A DNA stretch of 32,000 nucleotides from an uncultured Opitutales bacterium (lineage in GTDB: Bacteria; Verrucomicrobiota; Verrucomicrobiia; Opitutales; Intestinicryptomonadaceae), in the NCBI GenBank assembly GCA_934660865.1, contig CAKUIA010000001.1, positions 60,001 to 92,000 on the forward strand. The letters run 5' to 3'. A model generated the notes under the pieces. It was not told the DNA's origin. It searched no databases and worked only from the letters and a program-made list of their open reading frames with translations. This document shows, in pieces, positions 25,537 through 32,000 of this stretch (the stretch's first letter is position 1; every line of letters starts with the position of its first letter). The position numbers and the translations under genes are program-made.

Positions 25537-27288
25537 ATGAAAAACTACATAAACACAATATTTGCGCGCATATTCCTTATAAGCTCGGCAATATGCGCCC
25601 TCTTTATAATCGCGGGGGCAACCGTTGCATACAAGGCAATGGAACGCTCTGTAGAACGCAACGCCGAACAAATTTTAAGGGATTCGGTAAGCTTTATTTG
25701 CGCCGACATTCAGGCGGGCGTAAACCCCCAAAAACTTGCGCTGGCAATAGAAAAATATTCGGCCAACAGCGGCATACGAACAACGATAATAAAAAACGAC
25801 GGCACCGTTGTGCTCGATTCGAAAGCCGACAACGCCTCCATGCAAAACCACCTAAACAGACGCGAGGTTAAAGACGCTTTCGACGGCAAAACTACCGTAA
25901 GCGTGCGCTATTCGCAAACGCTCGGCGCAAAGCTTATGTATGTGGCCGCCCCCGCCACGCAGAACAAAAACGCAAAAAACGAATATTGCGTAAGGCAGGC
26001 AATAAAGCTAAGCGTGTTCCAGTCTAAAAAAGACGGCATTAAAATGGCTATTTTCGCCATAGGCGCAGTTGCCGTTTTGCTTAGCGTTATGCTTTCGTAC
26101 ATAACCGCAAAGCGCATTTCAAAGCCGCTAAAACTTTTGGCACAGTCGGCCGCAAAATACGCCGCGGGCGACTTTGAGCACGGCACGCCGCACAGCAGCA
26201 TACGCGAAATTGGCGAGCTTTCGAAATCGCTATACATAATGGGGCGCAACCTTAAAAAGCGCATAAATTCGCTGCACAAACGCAACTGCGAGCTCGACGA
26301 AATTTTTTCGCAACTAAACGAGTGCGTATTTATATGCTCCGACAACAACGACGTGCGCCGCTACAATAAATCGTGCGCCGAAACTTTCGGCATAGCCGAA
26401 AACGGGCAAGGCATTAGAATTGCCGAGGCTTTCCGCAACAGCGCAATTTTGCGCGCAATAGGCGACACGTTTAAAAACAAAGTCAACATTGCAAGGCAAA
26501 TAGAGCACATGAATAAAACATATATGCTTACGGGGCTTTTGCTGCCATATAAGGCAAAACACGCAAGGGCTTTGTTTGTAATGCGCGACATTTCAAAAGA
26601 AAAGCAAAACGAGCTTTTGCGAAAGGAGTTTGTTGCGGGCGCCTCGCACGAGCTAAAAACCCCGATTACCGCAATAAAAATGGCGGCCGAAACCGTTGCC
26701 GACAACTACGACGAGGAAACAGCCAAAAGGTTTTTGCCCACAATCGAAAAGGAGGCTTCGCGCATGGCCGACATTGTAGACGATATGATTCTGCTTTCGA
26801 AAGTCGAGTTTGCAAACGACGACCCGCACTTCGAAAAATTCAACATATCCGACACCGTAAAGATTGCCGCAAACAACTACGACAACCAAATTATGCTTAA
26901 CGGCGACACTTTAACAAACCTTTGCCCCGACAATCTCGAAATTTTCGGCGACGAAAAGCTGGTGCAAATAGCCCTAAACAACCTTATTTCGAACGCGGTT
27001 CGCTACGGCGGCAAAAACTGCAAAATTACCATAACCGGCACGCAGGACGAAAACTTTGTAAAAATAACCGTTGCCGACACGGGTATCGGCATTTCCAAAG
27101 ACGACTTGCCGCGCGTTTTCGAAAGGTTTTTCAGGGTCGACAAAGGCCGCTCGCGCGAGCTTGGCGGCACGGGGCTGGGGCTTGCTTTGGTAAAACATAT
27201 CGCAATTTTGCACAAGGGCACCGTTTACGCCGAAAGCGAACCGAACAGGGGCTCTAGCTTTACAATAACTTTTAGAAAGGCAAAATAA
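25537..27288 (+). CDS. phoR: Sensor histidine kinase, PhoR-like
   Basis: I prefer the ATG at 25537; the track start at 25513 is a TTG. TM1, a ~150-aa extracytoplasmic region, TM2 (MAIFAIGAVAVLLSVMLSYI), HAMP- and PAS-like regions, H-box FVAGASHELKTPIT, and the HATPase G-boxes DTGIGI and GGTGLGLALVKH. Confidence 0.85.
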   Translation: MKNYINTIFARIFLISSAICALFIIAGATVAYKAMERSVERNAEQILRDSVSFICADIQAGVNPQKLALAIEKYSANSGIRTTIIKNDGTVVLDSKADNASMQNHLNRREVKDAFDGKTTVSVRYSQTLGAKLMYVAAPATQNKNAKNEYCVRQAIKLSVFQSKKDGIKMAIFAIGAVAVLLSVMLSYITAKRISKPLKLLAQSAAKYAAGDFEHGTPHSSIREIGELSKSLYIMGRNLKKRINSLHKRNCELDEIFSQLNECVFICSDNNDVRRYNKSCAETFGIAENGQGIRIAEAFRNSAILRAIGDTFKNKVNIARQIEHMNKTYMLTGLLLPYKAKHARALFVMRDISKEKQNELLRKEFVAGASHELKTPITAIKMAAETVADNYDEETAKRFLPTIEKEASRMADIVDDMILLSKVEFANDDPHFEKFNISDTVKIAANNYDNQIMLNGDTLTNLCPDNLEIFGDEKLVQIALNNLISNAVRYGGKNCKITITGTQDENFVKITVADTGIGISKDDLPRVFERFFRVDKGRSRELGGTGLGLALVKHIAILHKGTVYAESEPNRGSSFTITFRKAK

Positions 27289-27971
27289 TGGCGCAAAAAA
27301 TTTTGATAGTAGAAGACGAAGCAAGCATTGCCGAGCTTATAGAGTTTAACCTCAAAAAAAATTCGTTTGAATGCAAAAACGTAAATTCGGCGGAAAAGGC
27401 CCTGGCTTTGTTCGAAAAAGGCGAAAAGTTCGACCTAATTTTGCTCGATTTAATGCTTGTCGGCATGGACGGCACCGACTTTTGCAAAATCTTCAGGGCG
27501 AGAAAGGATTTCGAGCAAATACCAATTATTATGCTTACGGCGCGCAGCGAAGAGTCAGACATTGTTAGCGGCTTGGAATACGGCGCCGACGACTACATTA
27601 CAAAGCCCTTTTCGCCCAGGGTTTTGCTTGCAAGAATAAGGGCAAGGCTGCGCAAAAGCGGCGAAGGCGACGGCGCAATTTCCGTACACGGCATTGCGCT
27701 AGACCCCGAATTTCACGAAGCGAAAATAGGCAAAAAACATCTCGAGCTTACCGCAAACGAATTCGCCATTTTGGAAATGTTTATGCGCAACACGGGCAAG
27801 GTTTTTTCGAGAGACGCAATTATACGCAACCTGCACGGCGACGGCTACCCCGTAACCGACAGGGCAATAGACGTTTTAATTGTAAACCTGCGCAAAAAGC
27901 TTGGAGGCAAGTCGGAATTGATAGAAACCGTGCGCGGCGTGGGCTATAAAATGGCAAAGCAAAGCTCTTAA
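27288..27971 (+). CDS. phoB: OmpR/PhoB-family response regulator
   Basis: 227 aa. Receiver domain (ILIVEDE...LILLDLMLVGMDG...MLTAR) and winged-helix output domain (LELTANEFAILEMF...TVRGVGYK). Its ATG overlaps the phoR stop (TAATG at 27286-27290). Confidence 0.88.
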   Translation: MAQKILIVEDEASIAELIEFNLKKNSFECKNVNSAEKALALFEKGEKFDLILLDLMLVGMDGTDFCKIFRARKDFEQIPIIMLTARSEESDIVSGLEYGADDYITKPFSPRVLLARIRARLRKSGEGDGAISVHGIALDPEFHEAKIGKKHLELTANEFAILEMFMRNTGKVFSRDAIIRNLHGDGYPVTDRAIDVLIVNLRKKLGGKSELIETVRGVGYKMAKQSS

Positions 27972-28023
27972 AGCCGCTTTTAGCCGGCCCATATTTGAAA
28001 ACCGAAAACTAGGGCCAAATGCC

Positions 28024-28200
28024 TTAGTTTTTTTCGTAGTCGGAGGGCTTGCCCGACATTTCGGCGCACATTTTAAGGATTTCGCAAATGCTGCGTTCAA
28101 CGCTAATACCCGACAAATTTGCAACGCGGCGGACATACTCTAAAACCTCCGTGTCTACGTTAATTTCTATCGTACAATTCTTTTTTTCGGCATCTGCCAT
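28024..28200 (-). CDS. Small ribbon-helix-helix-like (CopG/Arc-type) DNA-binding protein, 58 aa
   Basis: Below the ORF-track size cutoff. The minus-strand ATG at 28200 follows AGAGAGGAAGG, which lies 8 nt upstream. Translation: MADAEKKNCTIEINVDTEVLEYVRRVANLSGISVERSICEILKMCAEMSGKPSDYEKN*. The strand-helix-helix layout (TIEINV strand, then two helices) fits RHH. Stop TAA at 28026-28024. Confidence 0.5.
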   Translation of the reverse strand: MADAEKKNCTIEINVDTEVLEYVRRVANLSGISVERSICEILKMCAEMSGKPSDYEKN

Positions 28201-28233
28201 GATATTTTCGCCTTCCTCTCTTTAACGGGAATA

Positions 28234-28249
28234 TATAATATATATTATA
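28234..28249. promoter_or_regulatory. Perfect 16-bp palindrome TATAATATATATTATA in the promoter region of the RHH ORF
   Basis: Self-complementary 16-mer, 34-49 nt upstream of the RHH ATG. It overlaps -10 candidates: minus-strand TTGCAA (28274-28269), 17 nt, TATATT. Confidence 0.35.
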
Positions 28250-28328
28250 ATAATTTTTACATTGCAAGATAAAAAAGTTTTTATTTTTTATTTTGTACAA
28301 ACCGGAATAAAATTGCCAGACCGCACGC

Positions 28329-28362
28329 AAAAAGCCGCAACGCATTTACGGTGCATTGCGGC
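28329..28362 (-). terminator. Terminator after the GH28 gene
   Basis: GCCGCAACGCA (28334-28344) pairs with TGCATTGCGGC (28352-28362) with one mismatch. The A5 run at 28329-28333 is a T-run on the minus strand. Confidence 0.65.
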
Positions 28363-28387
28363 CCGATTTTCGCACTAGGCTACGCCG

Positions 28388-29824
28388 TTATTTTGCCGAC
28401 AGATAGTCGCTTTCAACGGTTTTGCAGTTGGTTTGAGTTGCGCCTTTTACCATAACGGTGTCCACGCCGTCGGCTTTGCGCAAACGGCAGTTTAGCATAT
28501 TAAAATCATCAATATTTTCGCCGTATATGGCGGGTCTAAACTCCCTGTCGCCGTAGTACGAAAGCTGCACGTTTTCGAAAACAACACTGCCTGCATTGCG
28601 CATTAAAAAGCCGTAGGCGGGCAAGTTGCCGAACATTCTGTTTTCGGGATACTCGTTTTTTGGAGTTAAATTAACGCCATTCTTCAGCATATTTTTTGCA
28701 GATTCTTTGTTCGGATTTGCCTTCATATTAAAATAGCAGTCTCTAAAAGTTATGTTTTTAAGCGTGTGCCCGTCGGTTGCCGTCATCGAATTTGGCAGCC
28801 AGCTTACGCTTTCGGCCGCAATGCCCGAAATTATAACGCGGTTTACATAGCTCTTTTTTTCGTCCTTGTTGCGGTGGCCTACCCTTATAAACACGGGAGT
28901 TTGCACGTCCTGCATGGTAAGGTTCGAAATTGCAACGTCTTCTACAAAGCCGCCGTCTACGGCCTCTATGGCAATTCCCGCCAAACCGCAAACATCGGCG
29001 CTAATGCCGAAGCGCGAAAACTTTTTGCTCCACTTGCGCAGTTTGCTGTCGCTGCATTTTTTCAGCACGCAATTCGAAATTGCTATGTTCTTAAACCCTC
29101 CGTGGTTTGCCGTGCCGAATTTTATGAAATTGCAGTTCGACGAAATCACGCAATTCGTAATCGAAACGTTTTCCACAATAAACTCGCGCGAATGGCTTTT
29201 TAGGCAAATTGCGTCGTCGTCGCTGTCTACAATGCAGTTCGAAATTACCACATTGCGCGAGTCTATGTCTATGCCGTCGTTATTGTAGTTGCCGTGCGAA
29301 ACAACCCTTATCGAATCTATAAAAACGGTGTCGCACCTTAAAAAGTAGATATTCCAAAACGAGGCGTTTATGACGTTAACCCCCGTAAGCCTGGCGTTTT
29401 TGCAGCCTTCAAAAAACAAGGTTCTTATGCGCCCGGGAGCAAAATCTTTAACCATGTGCGTATCGCCGCTGCCGTCTATTGTGCCCAGGCCTATAACGCC
29501 CACATTTTCGGCATCTTTTGCGTATACAACGGCAGGCCCGCCGTTTTCGGTTTTTATGGCTTTTAGGGTTGTTATAAAGGGCAAATTAAGCAGAACATTG
29601 CTTTTTAAAATTAAGGGCGTTCGCGAAAAATACGTCTTTGCCTCGGCTGGGAAAATAACTTCGCCGCCGCCCGAAGCCGAACAAGCATCTATCGCATTTT
29701 GTATTGTTTGGCGGTTGTCGAAACCGTTTTCGGCCGACAAGCCCTCAATTACCACATTTTTAGCCGTTAAGCTTAATACCGCAAAGCCAAACAATGCGCT
29801 CAAAAGGTATAATTTTTTCATCAT
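28388..29824 (-). CDS. Glycoside hydrolase family 28 (polygalacturonase-like beta-helix), secreted
   Basis: 478 aa with a signal peptide. N-terminal QNAIDACSASGGGEVIFP (pectate_lyase_3-like). GH28 catalytic motifs NNDGIDIDS and DSDDDAICLKS. Repetitive ISNC, ITNC and ISNC beta-helix rungs. Confidence 0.88.
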   Translation of the reverse strand: MMKKLYLLSALFGFAVLSLTAKNVVIEGLSAENGFDNRQTIQNAIDACSASGGGEVIFPAEAKTYFSRTPLILKSNVLLNLPFITTLKAIKTENGGPAVVYAKDAENVGVIGLGTIDGSGDTHMVKDFAPGRIRTLFFEGCKNARLTGVNVINASFWNIYFLRCDTVFIDSIRVVSHGNYNNDGIDIDSRNVVISNCIVDSDDDAICLKSHSREFIVENVSITNCVISSNCNFIKFGTANHGGFKNIAISNCVLKKCSDSKLRKWSKKFSRFGISADVCGLAGIAIEAVDGGFVEDVAISNLTMQDVQTPVFIRVGHRNKDEKKSYVNRVIISGIAAESVSWLPNSMTATDGHTLKNITFRDCYFNMKANPNKESAKNMLKNGVNLTPKNEYPENRMFGNLPAYGFLMRNAGSVVFENVQLSYYGDREFRPAIYGENIDDFNMLNCRLRKADGVDTVMVKGATQTNCKTVESDYLSAK

Positions 29825-29884
29825 ATCAAAATTTTGTTGTTAATGCCAATTAGTGCACTGCGCACATAAAAGAGAAGTATGCCT

Positions 29885-29913
29885 ATGCTAAAAAACGACC
29901 CGCAATATGTCAA
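29885..29913 (-). promoter_or_regulatory. Putative promoter of the GH28 gene
   Basis: On the minus strand: TTGACA (29913-29908), 17 nt, TAGCAT (29890-29885). Confidence 0.4.
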
Positions 29914-29937
29914 TTTGCAAATAATTTCAAAAACTTA

Positions 29938-29970
29938 TTGACAAATTGCGCAAAAAATAGAGCATATAAT
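29938..29970 (+). promoter_or_regulatory. Putative tRNA-His promoter
   Basis: Consensus TTGACA (29938-29943) and consensus TATAAT (29965-29970), 12 nt before the tRNA. The 21-nt spacer is longer than optimal, so the true -10 may be CATATA (29963-29968, 19-nt spacer) instead. Confidence 0.35.
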
Positions 29971-29981
29971 GCTTTCAAAAT

Positions 29982-30058
29982 GGTGGCTGTAGCTCAGTTG
30001 GTAGAGCAGCGGATTGTGGTTCCGCTGGTCACGAGTTCGAACCTCGTTAGCCACCCCA
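29982..30058 (+). tRNA. tRNA-His (anticodon GTG) with encoded G-1 and CCA
   Basis: GGTGGCTGTAGCTCAGTTGGTAGAGCAGCGGATTGTGGTTCCGCTGGTCACGAGTTCGAACCTCGTTAGCCACCCCA. Cloverleaf arms pair cleanly. Anticodon loop TTGTGGT. Near-identical in the acceptor, D and T arms to E. coli tRNA-His, including the extra 5' G. Confidence 0.95.
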
Positions 30059-30065
30059 TTTTGTG

Positions 30066-30098
30066 GCCCGCATTCTCATTGAGTTTGCGGGCTTTTTG
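30066..30098 (+). terminator. Terminator after tRNA-His
   Basis: GCCCGCA (30066-30072) pairs with TGCGGGC (30086-30092), followed by T5. Confidence 0.7.
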
Positions 30099-30626
30099 TT
30101 GGCTTAAATAGTGGGGTTTAGCCGATTTGCCCTCTTGAAAATCGTTTACGATTATTTGCGCTTAATTGCTTTTATTGTTGCAAAAAACGTTCCACAACGT
30201 TCGAAAAAAAATCAGTACGATACAACCTAAGGCTATGTGCATATCTATCTATGATACAAGAAACAATGGTTGTGTTATTGACAACAAGGAAAATGATATA
30301 CAAGATAAATCGTAGTCAATAGCGGTGCGGAATATGCCAAATACAAAAAACCTAACTCGCCTCAAATAAGATAAATTGTTTTTTAATTTAGGGGAAAAAG
30401 CTTTGTTCTTTTTGTATTGGAATCTTTAAAAACTAAAACTGGTTTTGTAGAAGCGAAATATGACACAGATTCCGTTTTAGTTTCGATAATAAACTTTTGG
30501 ATTTTCTTCGCAAAAAAGATCAAAAAGAAATTTTAAACCTTGTAATACCAAATTGATAGCAACTAGTTAATTGAGCTCCCCATGTGAACAGGAAAACATA
30601 TATATTCACCTACGGAAAAAATAAAT

Positions 30627-31184
30627 ATGAAATACTTTATCTGCATTTTATTCTTTTTGACGCCATTCTTGTCTTTCGGGATAACCGATATCGAGATGAA
30701 TGAGATTGTTTCTAATTTTTGCAAATCAACCGATACGCTTAAAAGAATTGATGATTACCACCCGAATGTGAAATTATCCGAAGAAGAAAAAACACGATTT
30801 GCATTTTTAGCGTTGAATAAACTACTTGATGATCCTCAATGGCCTGATTTAACCTATGGGTGGAAAGTATCCCGATTAGAGGGCATTATTGCGAATCTTG
30901 ATTCTGATAGAATACCGTTAGAGTATGTCCCTGTGATATTTAAGGCGTTGCGCAGCAGAGCTTCCATGTTCGATGCGGATATAATTTATATAGACGCACT
31001 TGAAAGAGTTATAGGAAACAATCCGGGATATACAATACAGTATGTAGAAAGCGGAAACTTGAATAAAAAAGAGCGATTAGCATTGATAGCCAAGTGGGAA
31101 AATTTATTTAAACAAAATAAGGAATATATACTTAAAAAGCGTCAATATAAAAGCAAATACTATGGGAAGAGAATTGCCAAATAG
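30627..31184 (+). CDS. Orphan secreted protein of unknown function inside an AT-rich islet
   Basis: 185 aa. Signal peptide MKYFICILFFLTPFLSFG. Codon usage (TTA, ATA, AGA, AAT) and GC content are visibly unlike all neighbouring genes. No recognisable motif. Confidence 0.6.
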   Translation: MKYFICILFFLTPFLSFGITDIEMNEIVSNFCKSTDTLKRIDDYHPNVKLSEEEKTRFAFLALNKLLDDPQWPDLTYGWKVSRLEGIIANLDSDRIPLEYVPVIFKALRSRASMFDADIIYIDALERVIGNNPGYTIQYVESGNLNKKERLALIAKWENLFKQNKEYILKKRQYKSKYYGKRIAK

Positions 31185-31402
31185 CGTGAATATATAACTT
31201 GGTTTGATTTATATGCAATAACATATTAGCTGCCATTATTGGCTATGCTTGACTTTATTATTGTCATACAATTTGTAGGATTACTGTAGGGTTTTGTGTT
31301 AGGATTAAAATACAACCATAAATCTCCTCAAATAGTACGCGCACAAAAACGGCGCATATTGCATTAGCTTTTTGGCAAAGGTTTTATAAGGTTAAATTTA
31401 TT

Positions 31403-32000
31403 TTAAAAACCCATCGCCTTTGCAACTCCCTTGCCGTAGGCTGGGTCGGCTTTTGTGCAGTTTTCTATATGGCGTTTTTTTATAAATTCGGGGGCGTCGC
31501 CCATTGCCCTGGCGGTATTTGCAAAAAGCCGCTCTTGCTGCTCGGGCGTCATCGAGCGAAAGCGCCTGCCAGGCTGCGAATAGTAGTCGTCGTCATCTTC
31601 GCGGAAATTCCAAGAGTCGCCCTCGCCGTCTACGGGCGTACGCGGGCCTCGATATTCGGGCTGCTCCTGCCAAGCCCCATACGAATTTGGCTCGTAGCCG
31701 GTTTTGCCGCCGTAGTTGCCGTCTACACGCATTTTCCCGTCGCGCGAATAGCCTGTTATGGGGCAGCGCGCCCTATTTACGGGAATTTGATAATGGTTTA
31801 CGCCCAGCCTATAGCGCTGTGCGTCGCCGTATCCGAACAGCCTAGCCTGCAGCATTTTATCGGGAGAAAAACCAATTCCAGGCACCACATTTGCGGGGTT
31901 AAACGCCGCTTGTTCAACGTCCTGAAAATAGTTTTCGGGATTTTTGTTTAGCTCCATTACCCCGACTTCCTCTAGCGGAAATTCGTCGGTATACCACTCT
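31403..32000 (-). CDS. katA: Monofunctional heme catalase, C-terminal part (5' end beyond the window)
   Basis: The reading frame is open to the right edge. [56 protein letters not shown] is the conserved catalase core. It ends after the helical domain with no flavodoxin-like extension, so it is the small-subunit type. Confidence 0.92.
   Translation of the reverse strand, partial: EWYTDEFPLEEVGVMELNKNPENYFQDVEQAAFNPANVVPGIGFSPDKMLQARLFGYGDAQRYRLGVNHYQIPVNRARCPITGYSRDGKMRVDGNYGGKTGYEPNSYGAWQEQPEYRGPRTPVDGEGDSWNFREDDDDYYSQPGRRFRSMTPEQQERLFANTARAMGDAPEFIKKRHIENCTKADPAYGKGVAKAMGF

Noticed and set aside
27876-28136. 86-aa minus-strand ORF from the track, overlapping the 3' end of phoB
   Set aside because: It overlaps phoB antisense, has no ribosome-binding site, and its translation is basic and low-complexity. 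The alternative frame (28024..28200) has a strong RBS and an RHH-like sequence and is preferred.
28024-28387. Toxin-antitoxin module around the RHH ORF
   Set aside because: There is no second ORF of plausible size in either direction. The 61-aa ORF at 28160..28345 is AT-rich noise overlapping the promoter region. Only an orphan RHH can be supported.
29982-31402. Calling the tRNA-adjacent AT-rich region a mobile element or integrative island
   Set aside because: I could find no integrase, transposase, inverted repeats or duplicated tRNA 3' end (att). It is kept as a compositional anomaly in the findings and not annotated as a mobile element.

Overview
Bacterial chromosomal window, roughly 50% GC by eye, with one clearly AT-rich patch. 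Genes are densely packed and most have good rho-independent terminators. Several promoters look sigma70-like (TTGACA, 17-nt spacer, TAnnnT).

Left to right:
- a truncated secreted-protein gene, mgtE, and a nucleoside 2-deoxyribosyltransferase-like gene
- two tandem paralogous PEP-CTERM surface proteins (705 and 721 aa), each behind a long intergenic region carrying the same 58-nt block with an A13 tract
- a YddG-like exporter
- a run of secreted, glycan-related genes: GH2, a DUF1080 lipoprotein, a small 20-aa-repeat protein, a SASA-type acetylesterase tightly coupled to an unrecognisable 677-aa secreted protein, and a helical secreted protein
- an MsbA-like ABC exporter
- a complete Pho locus: OprO/P-like porin, pstS, pstC, pstA, pstB and phoU on the minus strand, diverging from phoR-phoB on the plus strand
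- a 58-aa ribbon-helix-helix-like ORF missed by the ORF track
- a GH28 gene and tRNA-His(GTG)
- an AT-rich ~1.2-kb islet with one orphan secreted ORF
- the 3' part of a catalase gene

PEP-CTERM signals plus many secreted glycosidases suggest a Lentisphaerota, Verrucomicrobiota or Kiritimatiellota-type glycan degrader; this is a guess only.

I see no CRISPR array, transposase, integrase, rRNA or recognisable defence system, and I cannot demonstrate a complete novel multi-gene system. The most unusual items are:
- the paired PEP-CTERM genes with their shared A13-containing upstream module
- the unknown 677-aa protein coupled to the esterase
- the repeat protein
- the orphan RHH ORF with a palindromic operator-like site
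- the tRNA-adjacent AT-rich islet
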